In this document: in pieces, positions 38,548 through 51,434 of the stretch
Layout: each line of letters begins with the position of its first letter
Position numbering within the stretch: position 1 is the first letter of the stretch
DNA from: Candidatus Eiseniibacteriota bacterium
GTDB lineage: Bacteria; Eisenbacteria; RBG-16-71-46; CAZAMP01
Direction: 5' to 3'
Assembly (NCBI GenBank): GCA_965224245.1
Contig: OZ245046.1
Span: forward strand, 6,016,001-6,080,000
Length of the DNA stretch: 64,000 nucleotides
Notes under the pieces: generated by a model
What the model saw: only the letters and a program-made list of their open reading frames with translations
What the model was told of the DNA's origin: nothing
The model's database searches: none
Made by a program: the position numbers and the translations under genes

Positions 38548-38919
38548 GTGCCTACCCTGAACCAGTTGGTCCGAAAAGGCCGTCAGCGCCAGCTCAAGAA
38601 GACGACGGCACCCGCGCTGAAGTCGTGCCCCCAGAAGCGGGGTGTGTGCACGCGCGTGTATACGAGCACCCCCAAGAAGCCGAACTCGGCGCTTCGGAAG
38701 GTCGCTCGCGTCCGTCTGACCAACGGGATCGAGGTCACCGCGTACATTCCGGGCGAAGGCCACAACCTGCAGGAGCACGCGATCGTGCTCATCCGCGGGG
38801 GCCGCGTGAAGGATCTCCCCGGTGTGCGCTATCACATCATCCGAGGCACCCTGGACGCTTCCGGCGTCGAGGGGCGCAATCAGGGTCGTTCGAAGTACGG
38901 CACCAAGAAGCCGAAGTAG
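38548..38919 (+). CDS. rpsL: 30S ribosomal protein S12
   Basis: [32 protein letters not shown] start. Confidence 0.99.
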   Translation: MPTLNQLVRKGRQRQLKKTTAPALKSCPQKRGVCTRVYTSTPKKPNSALRKVARVRLTNGIEVTAYIPGEGHNLQEHAIVLIRGGRVKDLPGVRYHIIRGTLDASGVEGRNQGRSKYGTKKPK

Positions 38920-38943
38920 CCGATCTAGGAGCCTGGAAACGAT

Positions 38944-39414
38944 ATGCCGCGACGCAAAGCCGCCGTCAAACGCGAGATCCTGCCGGATCCGAAGTATGGC
39001 AACGTCCTCGTCTCCCGATTCGTCAACGCGCTGATGCAGGGCGGCAAGAAGAGCGTGGCCGAGAAGATCCTGTACTCGTCGATGGATCTGATCCAGTCGC
39101 GTAGCGATCAGGATGGTCTCGAGATCCTGAAGAAGGCCGTCAACAACGTGAAGCCGGCCGTCGAGGTCAAGAGCCGCCGCGTGGGTGGCGCCACCTATCA
39201 GGTTCCGGTGGAGATCCGTCCCGAGCGGCGCCTGGCGCTCTCGCTGCGCTGGCTGATCGGCTACGCGAAGGACCGGCCCGAGAAGACGATGGCCGAGCGC
39301 CTCGGCGCCGAGCTCCTGGCCGCCTCCAAGAACGAGGGTGCGGCGGTGAAGAAGCGCGAGGACACGCATCGCATGGCCGAGGCCAACAAGGCGTTCGCAC
39401 ACTACCGCTGGTAA
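38944..39414 (+). CDS. rpsG: 30S ribosomal protein S7
   Basis: [24 protein letters not shown]. Confidence 0.99.
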   Translation: MPRRKAAVKREILPDPKYGNVLVSRFVNALMQGGKKSVAEKILYSSMDLIQSRSDQDGLEILKKAVNNVKPAVEVKSRRVGGATYQVPVEIRPERRLALSLRWLIGYAKDRPEKTMAERLGAELLAASKNEGAAVKKREDTHRMAEANKAFAHYRW

Positions 39415-39424
39415 CGGCGGATCG

Positions 39425-39790
39425 ATCTTGGGGGGCCGCGCATGCGCGCCGGCCCCCACACCGACAGGGGTGAGGCACCCCTAAGACAGCTCTCGGATGG
39501 CGATGGCTCCCGAGCCCCGTGCTTCGACGCGCGGAGAGGTGAGGGCGCACACTATCGGACCCATCCTCTTTGGGAAGCCACCGAGAGCGGCAGCACGCCG
39601 GCGACGGGACGTCGCTGGGCCGCATGGGCGGGCCGGGGTGACTGCCGGCGCACAGGCGCGGGTCCGGAGAACATAGCGCTCGAGGCGAGGGTCGCCTCGG
39701 GAGTCGTAGCAACTCCGTCTCAGAACGGCGACACGCGAGACACGTTTCGCAGTACCGCCATGCGCGGATGGGCGAAGTGTGTCGGAGGTT
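39425..39790 (+). ncRNA. Candidate structured RNA element in the rpsG-fusA spacer
   Basis: Many nested and serial helices visible by eye; no convincing ORF. Confidence 0.4.
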
Positions 39791-39796
39791 TCATTG

Positions 39797-41890
39797 ATGG
39801 CTGGTCGTGTCCCTCTCGACCGCATCCGCAACATCGGGATCATGGCCCACATCGATGCGGGCAAGACGACGCTCACCGAGCGCATCTTGTTCTACACCGG
39901 ACGTACGCATCGGCTGGGCGAGGTCCACGACGGCGCCGCTACCATGGACTGGATGGCCCAGGAGCAGGAGCGCGGCATCACGATCACGTCCGCGGCCACC
40001 ACGGCCGACTGGAAAGATCATCAGATCAACATCATCGACACGCCCGGCCACGTCGACTTCACGATGGAGGTCGAGCGGTCGCTGCGCGTCCTCGACGGCG
40101 CCATCGCCGTCTTCTGCGCCGTGGGCGGCGTCGAGCCGCAGTCCGAGACCGTCTGGCGCCAGGCCGACCGGTACGGCGTCCCGCGAATCGCGTTCGTCAA
40201 CAAGATGGACCGCGTCGGCGCCGACTTCCGCGGCACGATGGCGATGATCCAGGAACGCCTGGGCGCCAGGCCGCTGCCGGTCGTCTTCCCGGTCATGGTG
40301 GGTGACATCATCCACAGTCTCGTCGACATCGTCGAGATGCGTGAGATCACCTACATGGAAGAGACCATGGGCGCGACCTACGAGATCCACGACGTCAACG
40401 ACGACGTCCGGGAGCGTGCCGAGCAGGAGCGCCAGAACATCATCGAGGCCGTGGCCGAGTTCGACGACGATCTCATGCACACGTACCTCGAGGGCGAAGA
40501 GGTCACACCCGACGCACTCAGGGCCGCGATCCGCAAGGGATGTCTGGCCAACGCCGTGGTGCCCACGCTGTGCGGCTCGGCGTTCAAGAACAAGGGCGTC
40601 CAGCGCCTTCTCGACGCGGTGATCGCCTACCTGCCGGCGCCCACCGACGTGCCCGCGATCACCGGAGAGGACCTCAAGACCACCGAGATCGTGGAGCGCC
40701 CCGCCGACCCGAAGGCGCCGTTCGCCGGGCTCGTGTTCAAGATCGTCACCGACCCCTACATCGGGCGGCTCTCGTACTTCCGCGTCTACTCGGGCATCGT
40801 GAAGAAGGGCGACTCGGTCTACAACACCGGTCGGGACTCGCGCGATCGCATCGGGCGCCTGGTTCGCATGCACGCGAACAAGCGCGAGGAGATGGAGCAG
40901 CTCAGCGCGGGCGACATCGGCGCCATCGTGGGGCTGAAGAAGGCCAAGACCGGTGACACGCTGTGCACTCCGGATGCGCCGATCGTGCTGGAGTCGATGC
41001 ACTTCCCCGAGCCGGTGATCTCGGTGGCCATCGAGCCCAAGACGCGCAACGACGAGGAGCGGCTCGGTCACGCCCTGGAGGGGCTCTCGGACGAGGATCC
41101 CACGTTCCAGGTGCGCACCGATCCCGAGACGGGTCAGACGCTCATCTCCGGGATGGGCGAGCTGCACCTGGAGATTCTCGTCGATCGGATGAAGCGTGAG
41201 TTCAAGGTCGAGGCCAACGTCGGCGCCCCGCAGGTCGCTTACCGCGAGCGCCTCGTGGGCTCGGCGCGGCTCCGTCACAAGTACGCGAAGCAGTCGGGCG
41301 GTCGTGGTCAGTTCGCCGACGTGGACATCATGGTCGAGCCGACCGAGCCGGGGAAGGGCTTCGAGTTCGAGAACAAGATCGTGGGCGGCAACATCCCGCG
41401 CGAGTACATCCCCGCGGTCGAGTTCGGCTGCAAGGATGCGCTCCAGAACGGCGTGATGGCCGGCTTCCAGATGATCGACGTGAAGGTCACGCTGGTCGAT
41501 GGGAGCTTCCACGCGGTCGACTCGTCGGAGATGGCGTTCCGCATCTGCGGCAGCATGGCGTTCAAGGAGGCGGCGCGGAAGGCCGGCGTCGAGCTTCTGG
41601 AGCCGGTCATGGACATCGAGGTGATCGTGCCGTCGCAGTACGTCGGCGACGTCGTGGGCGATCTCTCCAGCCGCCGCGGAAACGTGGGCGGCATGTTCCA
41701 GCGCAACGAGTCGCAGGTGGTGGCGGCGCACGTCCCGCTCAAGGAGATGTTCGGATACGCGACCGCGCTCCGGTCGATGAGCCAGGGCCGGGGCATCTAC
41801 TCCATGCAGTTCGGTCGATACATGCCCGTTCCCAAGAACGTGGCCGAAGAGATCGTGAAGAAACAAACGGGCACGGCGGCACCCGCGTAG
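39797..41890 (+). CDS. fusA: Elongation factor G
   Basis: [38 protein letters not shown]. Confidence 0.99.
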   Translation: MAGRVPLDRIRNIGIMAHIDAGKTTLTERILFYTGRTHRLGEVHDGAATMDWMAQEQERGITITSAATTADWKDHQINIIDTPGHVDFTMEVERSLRVLDGAIAVFCAVGGVEPQSETVWRQADRYGVPRIAFVNKMDRVGADFRGTMAMIQERLGARPLPVVFPVMVGDIIHSLVDIVEMREITYMEETMGATYEIHDVNDDVRERAEQERQNIIEAVAEFDDDLMHTYLEGEEVTPDALRAAIRKGCLANAVVPTLCGSAFKNKGVQRLLDAVIAYLPAPTDVPAITGEDLKTTEIVERPADPKAPFAGLVFKIVTDPYIGRLSYFRVYSGIVKKGDSVYNTGRDSRDRIGRLVRMHANKREEMEQLSAGDIGAIVGLKKAKTGDTLCTPDAPIVLESMHFPEPVISVAIEPKTRNDEERLGHALEGLSDEDPTFQVRTDPETGQTLISGMGELHLEILVDRMKREFKVEANVGAPQVAYRERLVGSARLRHKYAKQSGGRGQFADVDIMVEPTEPGKGFEFENKIVGGNIPREYIPAVEFGCKDALQNGVMAGFQMIDVKVTLVDGSFHAVDSSEMAFRICGSMAFKEAARKAGVELLEPVMDIEVIVPSQYVGDVVGDLSSRRGNVGGMFQRNESQVVAAHVPLKEMFGYATALRSMSQGRGIYSMQFGRYMPVPKNVAEEIVKKQTGTAAPA

Positions 41891-41960
41891 GGGCTCGTCG
41901 TTCCTTCGGGTAACGCGACCTCGGGCGCCGGCCCGGGACGCTGGGGAGGATCTTCGACAG

Positions 41961-43166
<1,206 letters not shown>

Positions 43167-43294
43167 CGAAACGCGACGCGATCCCCCGGGTCGGCCCCGT
43201 GGGATCGGCTCGCGCGTGTCTTTCGAGGCTGTCTTCGTGACGCCGTCACCCCGGGTGGGCGGCTTCGCGAAGCGAAGTCGCCAAGGAACGTGAC

Positions 43295-43603
43295 GTGACT
43301 GGTCAGAAGATCCGGATCAAGTTGAAGTCGTACGACCACGTTCTCCTCGACCATTCGGCGGGCGAGATCGTGAAGACGGCGAAGCGGACCGGCGCGTTGA
43401 CGTCGGGTCCGATCCCGTTGCCGACGCGGCGTTCGCTGTACACGGTGCTGCGTTCGCCGCACGTGGACAAGAAGTCGCGGGACCAGTTCGAGATGCGTGT
43501 CCACAAGCGTCTGATCGACATCTCGCAGTCGACGCCGCAGACGCTGGAAGCGCTCACGAAGCTGGATCTGCCGGCGGGCGTGGACATCGAGATCAAGCTG
43601 TGA
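43295..43603 (+). CDS. rpsJ: 30S ribosomal protein S10
   Basis: [28 protein letters not shown]. Confidence 0.98.
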   Translation: MTGQKIRIKLKSYDHVLLDHSAGEIVKTAKRTGALTSGPIPLPTRRSLYTVLRSPHVDKKSRDQFEMRVHKRLIDISQSTPQTLEALTKLDLPAGVDIEIKL

Positions 43604-43672
43604 CCTGGCTCGCGCCGCGAGCCACCGACACGAAAACGCGCGTGCGCGCGTGCAGGTAAGTGAGGCCGTGAC

Positions 43673-44290
43673 GTGCCTGGACTGATTGGAAAGAAAGTCG
43701 GAATGACCCAGATCTACGGTGAGGACGGCGTCGCGGTGCCCGTCACCGTGATCGAGGCGGGTCCCTGCACCGTCGTGCAGGTCAAGACCGACGAGACGGA
43801 CGGCTACCGGGCCGTGCAGCTCGGCTTCCAGCCGAGCCCCGAGCGAAAGGTCAACAAGCCCATGGCCGGGCACTTCAAGTCGCGAGGCACGGCTCCGTTC
43901 CGTCATCTGCACGAGTTCCGGAGCGGCGACGGAGTCTACGAGCCGGGCCAGGTCTTGAAGTCCGACCACTTCGACAGCGGCACCAAGGTCAGCGTGACCG
44001 GCCGCTCGAAGGGCCGCGGGTTCCAGGGGGTCGTCAAGCGCCACAACTTCGGCGGCGGTCCCGAGACGCACGGCGCGAAGACGCACGACGAGCCCGGCTC
44101 GATCGGGAACAGCGCCTATCCCGGCCGCGTGTGGAAAGGCAAGAAGCTCCCCGGGCACATGGGCAACGCGACCGTGACGTTGCGCGGGCTGACGATCGTG
44201 GGCGCCGACGCGGAGCGGAACCTCCTGTGGATCCGCGGCGCGGTCCCGGGCGCGCGCGGCAGCCTCGTCTACATTCGCAAGCAGGACTAG
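43673..44290 (+). CDS. rplC: 50S ribosomal protein L3
   Basis: [33 protein letters not shown]. Confidence 0.98.
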   Translation: MPGLIGKKVGMTQIYGEDGVAVPVTVIEAGPCTVVQVKTDETDGYRAVQLGFQPSPERKVNKPMAGHFKSRGTAPFRHLHEFRSGDGVYEPGQVLKSDHFDSGTKVSVTGRSKGRGFQGVVKRHNFGGGPETHGAKTHDEPGSIGNSAYPGRVWKGKKLPGHMGNATVTLRGLTIVGADAERNLLWIRGAVPGARGSLVYIRKQD

Positions 44291-44301
44291 CGGGGGACCA
44301 G

Positions 44302-44937
44302 ATGATCTCGGCGAAACGCTACACGAGCCAGGGCGACGAGTCGGGCACGGCCGAGCTCCCGAAGCATCACTTCGGCGAGAAGGTCAACGACCACGTCATG
44401 TGGCTCGCGGTGTGCTCATACCTCGCCCACCAGCGGCAGGGAACCTCCAGCGTGCGCAATCGCAAGGCGATCCGCGGCGGAGGACGAAAGCCGTTCCGTC
44501 AGAAGGGCACGGGACAGGCGCGTCAGGGTACGCGCCGCTCGCCGCTGATGGTCGGCGGTGCGCGCGCGTTCGGGCCGCGCCCTCGAAGCTACAGTGTCCG
44601 TCTTCCCCGCAAGGTGAAGGCGCTCGGCATCCGGTCCGCGCTGTCGCTGGCGGCGCAGGAAGACCGCATTCACGTCGTGGACGACTTCGGCTTCGACAAG
44701 CCCAGCACGAAGGTGTTCGCGTCCACGCTGGCGAAGATGGGGCTCGGCGCGTCGAAGTGCGTCCTGGTGACGTCCGACGACGATCGCGTCGCGTACCTGT
44801 CGGCGCGCAACGTGCCCAACGTCGCCGTGATCTCGGTCGGGCGGCTGAACACCTACGAGCTGCTCAACTGCGAGGCGGTCGTCATGACCCAGGGCGCGCT
44901 GGCGGCGCTCGAGGCGTCGGCGGAAGGCGGTGAGTGA
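44302..44937 (+). CDS. rplD: 50S ribosomal protein L4
   Basis: GGGRKPFRQKGTGQARQG, FGPRP. Confidence 0.97.
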   Translation: MISAKRYTSQGDESGTAELPKHHFGEKVNDHVMWLAVCSYLAHQRQGTSSVRNRKAIRGGGRKPFRQKGTGQARQGTRRSPLMVGGARAFGPRPRSYSVRLPRKVKALGIRSALSLAAQEDRIHVVDDFGFDKPSTKVFASTLAKMGLGASKCVLVTSDDDRVAYLSARNVPNVAVISVGRLNTYELLNCEAVVMTQGALAALEASAEGGE

Positions 44938-45227
44938 TGCGGAACTCGCGAATGATCGTCAACCGGGCGCTCCTCACCGAGAAGGGTGCCGGGCAGCGCG
45001 AAGACGAGAACCAGTACTTGTTCGAGGTCGCGATGGACGCGAACAAGATCGAGATCAAGCGCGCCGTCGAAGAGATCTTCGACGTCACGGTCGTTGGTGT
45101 TCGTACGATGATCCGGCGCGGCAAGAACAAGCGCCAGGGTCGCTACGAAGGCAAGCGCCCGAACTGGAAGCGGGCGATCGTGACGCTCGCCAAGGACGAC
45201 ACCATCGACCTCGTCGATCAGGTCTAA
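44937..45227 (+). CDS. rplW: 50S ribosomal protein L23
   Basis: [22 protein letters not shown]. Confidence 0.96.
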   Translation: MRNSRMIVNRALLTEKGAGQREDENQYLFEVAMDANKIEIKRAVEEIFDVTVVGVRTMIRRGKNKRQGRYEGKRPNWKRAIVTLAKDDTIDLVDQV

Positions 45228-45240
45228 GAGGAGTCGAGGA

Positions 45241-46074
45241 ATGGCTCTGAAGAAGTTCAAGCCCATAACCCCGACCTTGCGGTTCAAGACGGTCTCGGAC
45301 TTCTCCGACATCACGCGGTCGGAGCCCGAGAAGTCGCTGGTGCAGCCGCTCAAGCGCAGCGGGGGACGCAACAACCAGGGTCACGTCACGTCGCGGCGCC
45401 GCGGTGGGGGGCATCGTCGCCGTTACCGCGTGATCGATTTCAAGCGACAGAAGCACGGGATCCCGTCCAAGGTCGTGAGCATCGAGTACGACCCGAACCG
45501 CTCGGCGCGCATTGCGCTGTTGCAGTACGCCGACGGCGAGAAGCGGTACATCCTCGCCCCGATCGGGCTGTCGGTGGGCGACGAGATCATGAGCGGGCCC
45601 CAGGCCGAGATCCGTCCCGGCAACGCGCTGCCGCTCCGGTACATCCCGCTGGGCACGTCGGTGCACAACATCGAGCTCGTGCCGGGCCGGGGCGGCCAGA
45701 TGGCGCGCGGCGCCGGCTCGTTCGCCCAGGTGATGGCCAAGGAGGGCGACTACGCCACCCTGCGCCTCCCGTCCAGCGAGATGCGCATGGTCCGGCTCGC
45801 GTGCCTGTGTACGATCGGTCAGACCGGCAACATCGAGCACCAGAACATCTCCATCGGCAAGGCGGGTCGCAATCGCTGGCTCGGTCGCCGTCCCAAGGTG
45901 CGGGGCGTGGCCATGAACCCGGTCGACCACCCGATGGGCGGCGGCGAGGGGCGCAGCTCCGGCGGGCGTCATCCCTGCACGCCGTGGGGCAAGCCGACCA
46001 AGGGATACAAGACTCGCAAGCGCAAGCCGTCCGATCGTCTGATCGTTCGCCGGCGCAAGAAGAAGAACAGCTAG
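45241..46074 (+). CDS. rplB: 50S ribosomal protein L2
   Basis: [26 protein letters not shown]. Confidence 0.99.
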   Translation: MALKKFKPITPTLRFKTVSDFSDITRSEPEKSLVQPLKRSGGRNNQGHVTSRRRGGGHRRRYRVIDFKRQKHGIPSKVVSIEYDPNRSARIALLQYADGEKRYILAPIGLSVGDEIMSGPQAEIRPGNALPLRYIPLGTSVHNIELVPGRGGQMARGAGSFAQVMAKEGDYATLRLPSSEMRMVRLACLCTIGQTGNIEHQNISIGKAGRNRWLGRRPKVRGVAMNPVDHPMGGGEGRSSGGRHPCTPWGKPTKGYKTRKRKPSDRLIVRRRKKKNS

Positions 46075-46087
46075 GGGGAGCGCGTAG

Positions 46088-46348
46088 ATGCCGCGGTCAA
46101 TCAAGAAAGGCCCTTACGTCGATCAGGCGCTGCAGCTCCGAGTCGGCGACATGAATCGCCGGGGCGAGAAGCGCGTCCTGAAGACGTGGGCCCGCCGCTC
46201 CACCATCACCCCCGAGTTCGTCGGGCACACGGTAGCGGTACACAACGGTAACAAGTTCATCCCCATCTACGTGACCGAGAACATGGTCGGGCACAAGCTG
46301 GGCGAGTTCGCGCCGACGCGCACGTTCCGTGGCCACATCAAGAAGTAG
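46088..46348 (+). CDS. rpsS: 30S ribosomal protein S19
   Basis: [20 protein letters not shown]. Confidence 0.98.
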   Translation: MPRSIKKGPYVDQALQLRVGDMNRRGEKRVLKTWARRSTITPEFVGHTVAVHNGNKFIPIYVTENMVGHKLGEFAPTRTFRGHIKK

Positions 46349-46362
46349 TTCCGGAGGACGGC

Positions 46363-46701
46363 ATGCAAGCGCGAGCTAGAGTCAAGTTCATCCGCAGCTC
46401 ACCCCGGAAGGTCCGCCAGGTGGTGGATCTGATCCGGGGCCAGAGCGTCGATGCCGCGGAAGACATCCTGCGACTGACGAACCGCCCGGTGGCGCGGCGC
46501 GTTCAGAAGCTGCTGAAGTCGGCGGTGTCGAACGCGGTGGATCGCGACGACACGGTCGAGGTGGGACGCCTTCGGATCAGCCAGGCACTGGTCGATCCGG
46601 GGCCGACCATGAAGCGTTGGTTACCCAGAGCACGCGGTCGTGCGACGCCGCTCCTGAAGCGCAGCTGTCACATCACGATCGTGGTTTCGGACGAGGCGTA
46701 A
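46363..46701 (+). CDS. rplV: 50S ribosomal protein L22
   Basis: SPRKVRQVVDLIRG, PRARGRA. Confidence 0.97.
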   Translation: MQARARVKFIRSSPRKVRQVVDLIRGQSVDAAEDILRLTNRPVARRVQKLLKSAVSNAVDRDDTVEVGRLRISQALVDPGPTMKRWLPRARGRATPLLKRSCHITIVVSDEA

Positions 46702-46731
46702 GCCGAGTCGTTCCGAGAGTTGGAGGACGGT

Positions 46732-47391
46732 TTGGGACAGAAAGTCAATCCAATCGGGATGCGGCTTGGGATCGTCCGGACGTGGGACTCCCGCTGGTTC
46801 TCGAAGAAGGATTACCGAGAGCTCCTCAAGGAGGATCTCTTCATCCGGAAGTACCTGTCGGCGCGCCTGCACCGCGCGTCGATCTCGCACGTCGGCATCC
46901 AGCGCGCGTCGAAGCGCCTCACCATCGCCATCCGCACCGCGCGGCCGGCGCTGGTGATCGGCAAGAAGGGCGCGCAGGTCGATCAGCTGAAGGACGAGCT
47001 CCAGCACCTCACGGGCAAGGATGTGTTCCTGAACATCCACGAGGTGAAGAAGCCCGAGCTCGACGCTCAGCTCGTGGGTGATCACATCGCCCGTCAGCTC
47101 GAGGGGCGCATCGCGTTCCGGCGGGCCATGAAGAAGTCCATCCAGACCGCCATGCGTGCCGGGGCGAAGGGAGTCCGCGTGCGCTGCGGCGGGCGTCTGG
47201 GTGGGGCCGAGATGTCGCGGACCGAGGAGTACCGTGAGGGGCGCGTGCCCCTTCACACGTTGCGCGCCGAGATCGACTACGCCCAGAGCGTGGCGAAGAC
47301 GACCTACGGCACGATTGGAATCAAGGTCTGGATCTTCCACGGGGAGATCCACGACTTCCGCGACCGGCTGTTGGCCAGCGCATCTCGGTAG
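46732..47391 (+). CDS. rpsC: 30S ribosomal protein S3
   Basis: [33 protein letters not shown] start after GGAGG. Confidence 0.98.
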   Translation: MGQKVNPIGMRLGIVRTWDSRWFSKKDYRELLKEDLFIRKYLSARLHRASISHVGIQRASKRLTIAIRTARPALVIGKKGAQVDQLKDELQHLTGKDVFLNIHEVKKPELDAQLVGDHIARQLEGRIAFRRAMKKSIQTAMRAGAKGVRVRCGGRLGGAEMSRTEEYREGRVPLHTLRAEIDYAQSVAKTTYGTIGIKVWIFHGEIHDFRDRLLASASR

Positions 47392-47406
47392 GGAGAGGAT
47401 CGTCCC

Positions 47407-47820
47407 ATGTTGATGCCGAAACGCACCAAGCACCGCAAGATGATGCGCGGCCGCCTGCGCGGAATGGCGCAGCGGGGAAGCAAGGTCTCGTTCGGTGACT
47501 TCGGGCTCCAGTGCCTGGAGCCCGCGTACATCACCAACCGTCAGATCGAGGCCGCCCGTATCGCGATCACGCGCCGCGTCAAGCGCGGCGGGAAGATCTG
47601 GATCCGGATCTTCCCGGACAAGCCGGTCACGAAGAAGCCGCAGGAGACGCGGATGGGCAAGGGAAAGGGCAACCCCGAAGGGTGGGTGGCCCCGGTCCGT
47701 CCCGGGCGCATCCTGTTCGAGATGGAGGGCGTCACCGAGGAGCTTGCGCGCGAGGCCATGCGCCTGGGCGCGGCGAAGCTCCCGGTCAAGACGCGGTTCC
47801 TCGTCCGCGAGGAGGAGTAG
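47407..47820 (+). CDS. rplP: 50S ribosomal protein L16
   Basis: [15 protein letters not shown]. Confidence 0.98.
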   Translation: MLMPKRTKHRKMMRGRLRGMAQRGSKVSFGDFGLQCLEPAYITNRQIEAARIAITRRVKRGGKIWIRIFPDKPVTKKPQETRMGKGKGNPEGWVAPVRPGRILFEMEGVTEELAREAMRLGAAKLPVKTRFLVREEE

Positions 47821-47822
47821 CG

Positions 47823-48053
47823 ATGGCACTCGAGATCACGGCCGACAAGGCCCGACAGATGTCCCTCGACGAGATTCGCTACCGGCTGGAGAAGCTCCGC
47901 GAGGATCAGTTCAACCTCCGCTTCCGGCACGCGATGCGTCAGCTCGACAATCCGCTCAAGGTGCGGGAGGCCCGTCGGGAGGTCGCCATTCTGAAGACCG
48001 TGCTCCGCGAGCACGAGCTCGGCATCCGGTCCGTGGCCGGAAGCGAGGACTGA
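47823..48053 (+). CDS. rpmC: 50S ribosomal protein L29
   Basis: FNLRFRHAMRQLDNP...RREVAILKT. Confidence 0.93.
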   Translation: MALEITADKARQMSLDEIRYRLEKLREDQFNLRFRHAMRQLDNPLKVREARREVAILKTVLREHELGIRSVAGSED

Positions 48054-48055
48054 GC

Positions 48056-48337
48056 ATGAGTGAACGAGGAAGTCGGAAGGTCCGAGAGGGCGTCGTGGTC
48101 AGTCACAAGATGGACAAGACGCTCGTCGTTCAGATCGAACGGCAGGTTCAGCACCCGGTGTACAAGCGCTTCGTGCGCCGTCGGAAGAAGTATCACGTTC
48201 ACTACGACGCGGCCGCGCTCGGCCATGCCGACGGCGAGGTCTGCCGGGAGGGTGACGTCATCCGGTTCATGGAGACGCGACCCATCTCGAAGACCAAGTG
48301 CTGGCGCTTCGTGGAGTTCATCGAGCGCGCCAAGTAG
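48056..48337 (+). CDS. rpsQ: 30S ribosomal protein S17
   Basis: GVVVSHKMDKT, HPVYK, ETRPISKTKCW. Confidence 0.96.
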   Translation: MSERGSRKVREGVVVSHKMDKTLVVQIERQVQHPVYKRFVRRRKKYHVHYDAAALGHADGEVCREGDVIRFMETRPISKTKCWRFVEFIERAK

Positions 48338-48353
48338 GGAGTCGAGGTAAGAG

Positions 48354-48722
48354 ATGATTTCGGTCGAGACCATGCTCCGCATCTCGGACAACTCGGGCGC
48401 CCGCCGCGCGCAGTGCATTCGTGTGCTCGGTGGAACGCGACGCCGCTACGCGCGCGTCGGCGACATCGTCATCGTGGCGGTCAAGGATGCCCTCCCGGGG
48501 GGAGCAGTGAAGAAGGGCGACGTGACGCGGGCCGTCATCGTTCGGACCAAGAAGGAGCTGCGCCGGCGCGACGGTTCCTACATTCGCTTCGACGAGAACG
48601 CGGCGGTGATCATCAACGAGAACAAGGATCCGCGAGGCACGCGCATCTTCGGTCCCGTTGCCCGCGAGCTGCGCGAGAAGCAGTTCATGAAGATCATCTC
48701 TCTCGCTCCGGAGGTCATCTAG
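48354..48722 (+). CDS. rplN: 50S ribosomal protein L14
   Basis: [24 protein letters not shown]. Confidence 0.99.
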   Translation: MISVETMLRISDNSGARRAQCIRVLGGTRRRYARVGDIVIVAVKDALPGGAVKKGDVTRAVIVRTKKELRRRDGSYIRFDENAAVIINENKDPRGTRIFGPVARELREKQFMKIISLAPEVI

Positions 48723-48724
48723 TC

Positions 48725-49048
48725 GTGAAGATCCACAAGGGTGACACGGTCAAGGTCATTGCCGGAGTGCACAAGGGCCAGGTGGGCAAGGTGCTCAAGA
48801 CCTATCCCGACAAGGGACGGCTGATCGTCGAGAAGGTCAACATCATCAAGCGGCACACCAAGCCGACGCAGCAGCTTCCACAGGGCGGGATCGTCGAGCG
48901 CGAGGCGGCGATCAGCGCGTCGAACGTCATGGTCCTCGATCCGAAGACGGACGAGCCGACGCGCATCGGAACGAAGGTCCTGGCCAACGGCAAGCGCGCG
49001 CGCGTGGCCAAGAAGTCGGGTGAGATGCTCGCCCGGTCGGACGACTAG
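48725..49048 (+). CDS. rplX: 50S ribosomal protein L24
   Basis: [15 protein letters not shown] motif, [11 protein letters not shown]. Confidence 0.96.
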   Translation: MKIHKGDTVKVIAGVHKGQVGKVLKTYPDKGRLIVEKVNIIKRHTKPTQQLPQGGIVEREAAISASNVMVLDPKTDEPTRIGTKVLANGKRARVAKKSGEMLARSDD

Positions 49049-49062
49049 GAAGGGTCCCTGGA

Positions 49063-49701
49063 ATGGCTGACAAGGCGAAGACATCCGAGAAGGCGAAGGG
49101 CGGCAAGGCCAAGGGAGGCGACAAGGGCAAGGCGCCCCGCAAGTCCGCCCCCGCGCCGCCGCCGCGGATGCGTGAGATGTACGAGTCCGAGGTGCGCTCC
49201 GGACTCCAGAAGCGTTTCCAGTACCGGAACCCGATGCAGGTGCCGCGGCTGGAGAAGATCGTGGTGAACATGGGCGCGGGCGACGCGCTGCAGAACATCA
49301 AGCTGCTGGACGCCGCGGTGCAGGATCTGGCCACGATCACCGGCCAGCGTCCGTCGATCCGGCGGGCAACGCGCTCGATCTCGAACTTCAAGCTCCGCGA
49401 GGGGCAGCCGATCGGGTGCGCGGTGACGCTGCGTCAGAGCAGGATGTGGGAGTTCTACGACCGGCTGCTGTCGGTCGCGGTCCCGCGCATCCGGGACTTT
49501 CGCGGGTTCTCGCCGAAGTCGTTCGACGGCCGCGGCAACTACACCGTCGGCTTGAAGGAGCACATCATCTTCCCCGAGATCGACTACGACAAGGTCGAGA
49601 AGATCCGCGGAATGGATGTCACCTTCGTGACGACCGCCAAGACCGACGAAGAAGGTCGTGAGCTCATGCGGCTGCTCAAGTGGCCCATGAGGGAGCGCTA
49701 G
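49063..49701 (+). CDS. rplE: 50S ribosomal protein L5 with Lys/Gly-rich N-terminal extension
   Basis: [28 protein letters not shown]. Confidence 0.98.
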   Translation: MADKAKTSEKAKGGKAKGGDKGKAPRKSAPAPPPRMREMYESEVRSGLQKRFQYRNPMQVPRLEKIVVNMGAGDALQNIKLLDAAVQDLATITGQRPSIRRATRSISNFKLREGQPIGCAVTLRQSRMWEFYDRLLSVAVPRIRDFRGFSPKSFDGRGNYTVGLKEHIIFPEIDYDKVEKIRGMDVTFVTTAKTDEEGRELMRLLKWPMRER

Positions 49702-49711
49702 GGAGTCACAC

Positions 49712-49897
49712 GTGGCCAAGAAGTCATTGATCGAGAAGTGGAAGAGGGTGCCAAAGTTCAAGGTGCGCGCATACAACCGTTGCCACCGGTGCGGCCGGTC
49801 TCGGGCGTATCTGCGCCGCTTCGGCATTTGCCGCCTGTGTTTCCGTGAGCTGGCGCTGATGGGGCAGATCCCCGGCGTCACGAAGTCGAGCTGGTAG
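49712..49897 (+). CDS. rpsN: 30S ribosomal protein S14, zinc-binding type Z
   Basis: 61 aa with CHRC...CRLC. Confidence 0.97.
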   Translation: MAKKSLIEKWKRVPKFKVRAYNRCHRCGRSRAYLRRFGICRLCFRELALMGQIPGVTKSSW

Positions 49898-49910
49898 GAG
49901 GACGACGGGC

Positions 49911-50309
49911 ATGAGTGTCACCGATCCGATTGCCGACATGCTCACCGTCATCCGGAACGCCGTGCGCGCCAAGAAACGGTGGGTGGTGTTCCCCGCGTCC
50001 ACGATGAAGAAGAGCATCGTCGACGTGCTGGATCGCGAGGAGTTCATCCGATCGTACGAGGTCATCGAGCAGAAGCCGCAGAGCGCCATCAAGGTGTTTC
50101 TGAAGTACGACCGCAACAACACGCCCGTCATCGGCAACATCGAGCGAGTGTCTCGACCGGGTCGTCGCGTGTACGTGGGCCGGTCGAAGATCCCCCGGGT
50201 CTTCGGCGGTCTGGGGACGGCCGTCGTGTCGACCTCGCAGGGCGTCCTGACCGACAAAGAGGCGCGCTCGAAGGGTCTGGGCGGCGAGTGGATTTGTAAC
50301 GTCTGGTAG
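49911..50309 (+). CDS. rpsH: 30S ribosomal protein S8
   Basis: DPIADMLT, SRPGRRVY, STSQG. Confidence 0.98.
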   Translation: MSVTDPIADMLTVIRNAVRAKKRWVVFPASTMKKSIVDVLDREEFIRSYEVIEQKPQSAIKVFLKYDRNNTPVIGNIERVSRPGRRVYVGRSKIPRVFGGLGTAVVSTSQGVLTDKEARSKGLGGEWICNVW

Positions 50310-50358
50310 CTCGCGTCCCGCTCGCGCGGGCTCGGGTTCGCCAGTTCGGAGGATATCG

Positions 50359-50895
50359 ATGTCGAGAGTGGGCCGAAAAGAGATCACGCTTCCGGCGGGC
50401 GTCTCGGTCGACCTTCAGGATCGGCTCGTGAAGGTCAAGGGACCCAAGGGCGAGCTGAGCTATACGCTCCTGCCCTCGGTGGACGTCGCCGTCGAGGACG
50501 GCGCGGTCCGCGTCACGACGAACGACGAGACCCAGCAGGGTCGTGCGTACTGGGGCCTGACCCGCTCGCTGATCAACAACATGGTGATCGGCGTGAGCCA
50601 GGGATACACGAAGGGCCTCGAGCTGCGCGGCACGGGCTATCGCGCGGAGATGAAGGGTCAGAACCTCGTTCTGCACCTGGGCTACTCGCACGAGATCGAG
50701 TACCCGTTGCCGAAGGTGGTCAACGCCCAGATCGACGGATCTCGGATCAACTTCGAGTCGATCGACAAGCAGGCGATCGGTCAGGTCGCGGCCGAGGTTC
50801 GCTCGTTCCGTCCGCCCGAGCCGTACAACGGCAAGGGCGTTCGGTACCAGGGCGAGCAGGTGAAGCAGAAGGCCGGAAAGACCGCGGCCGGTTAG
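50359..50895 (+). CDS. rplF: 50S ribosomal protein L6
   Basis: MSRVG, GTGYRA, RPPEPYNGKGVRY. Confidence 0.98.
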   Translation: MSRVGRKEITLPAGVSVDLQDRLVKVKGPKGELSYTLLPSVDVAVEDGAVRVTTNDETQQGRAYWGLTRSLINNMVIGVSQGYTKGLELRGTGYRAEMKGQNLVLHLGYSHEIEYPLPKVVNAQIDGSRINFESIDKQAIGQVAAEVRSFRPPEPYNGKGVRYQGEQVKQKAGKTAAG

Positions 50896-50998
50896 TCGTT
50901 CGTCGTCCGGCCGTCTCGCGCGGCCGGGGGACGGTGGAGTCGAGAGCGCTGCCCGGAGTTCACGGCGCGAGCGTCGTGATCCGGCGGGAGATTGAGAC

Positions 50999-51367
50999 AT
51001 GGACAAGGCAAAGCGGCGTGTGGAGTCGCGTCTCGCCCGGCATCGCCGGGTACGCAAGTCGGTGCGTGGCGACGCGACGCGACCCAGGCTCGCGGTGTTT
51101 CGGAGCGACAAGCACGTCTACGCACAGCTCGTGGACGACGTCTCGGGTCAGTCGCTGTGCACCGTGTCGACGCTGTCGAAGGGCGTGCGCGAGGCGGTCG
51201 CCGACAAGAGCAAGAGCGAGGCCTCGAAGATCGTCGGACAGAAGATCGCCGAGCTCGCCCGGGAAAAAGGTGTAACCCGCGTTCATTTCGATCGCGGTGG
51301 CTTCGTCTATCACGGCCGTATCCGCGCAGTCGCGGAGGGCGCCCGCGAAGGCGGCCTGGAATTCTGA
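50999..51367 (+). CDS. rplR: 50S ribosomal protein L18
   Basis: [28 protein letters not shown]. Confidence 0.97.
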   Translation: MDKAKRRVESRLARHRRVRKSVRGDATRPRLAVFRSDKHVYAQLVDDVSGQSLCTVSTLSKGVREAVADKSKSEASKIVGQKIAELAREKGVTRVHFDRGGFVYHGRIRAVAEGAREGGLEF

Positions 51368-51434
51368 ACGCGGACACGCGCGAGCGCGCGGCGGCCCCGG
51401 TCGCCGGAGCCTCGAGGCCAGACGGAGGTTGGTG

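Noticed and set aside
39415-39796. tmRNA, RNase P RNA, SRP RNA or a self-splicing intron in the rpsG-fusA spacer
   Set aside because: No tRNA-like ends or T-loop, no GAGGAAAGTCC, and no recognisable SRP or intron consensus
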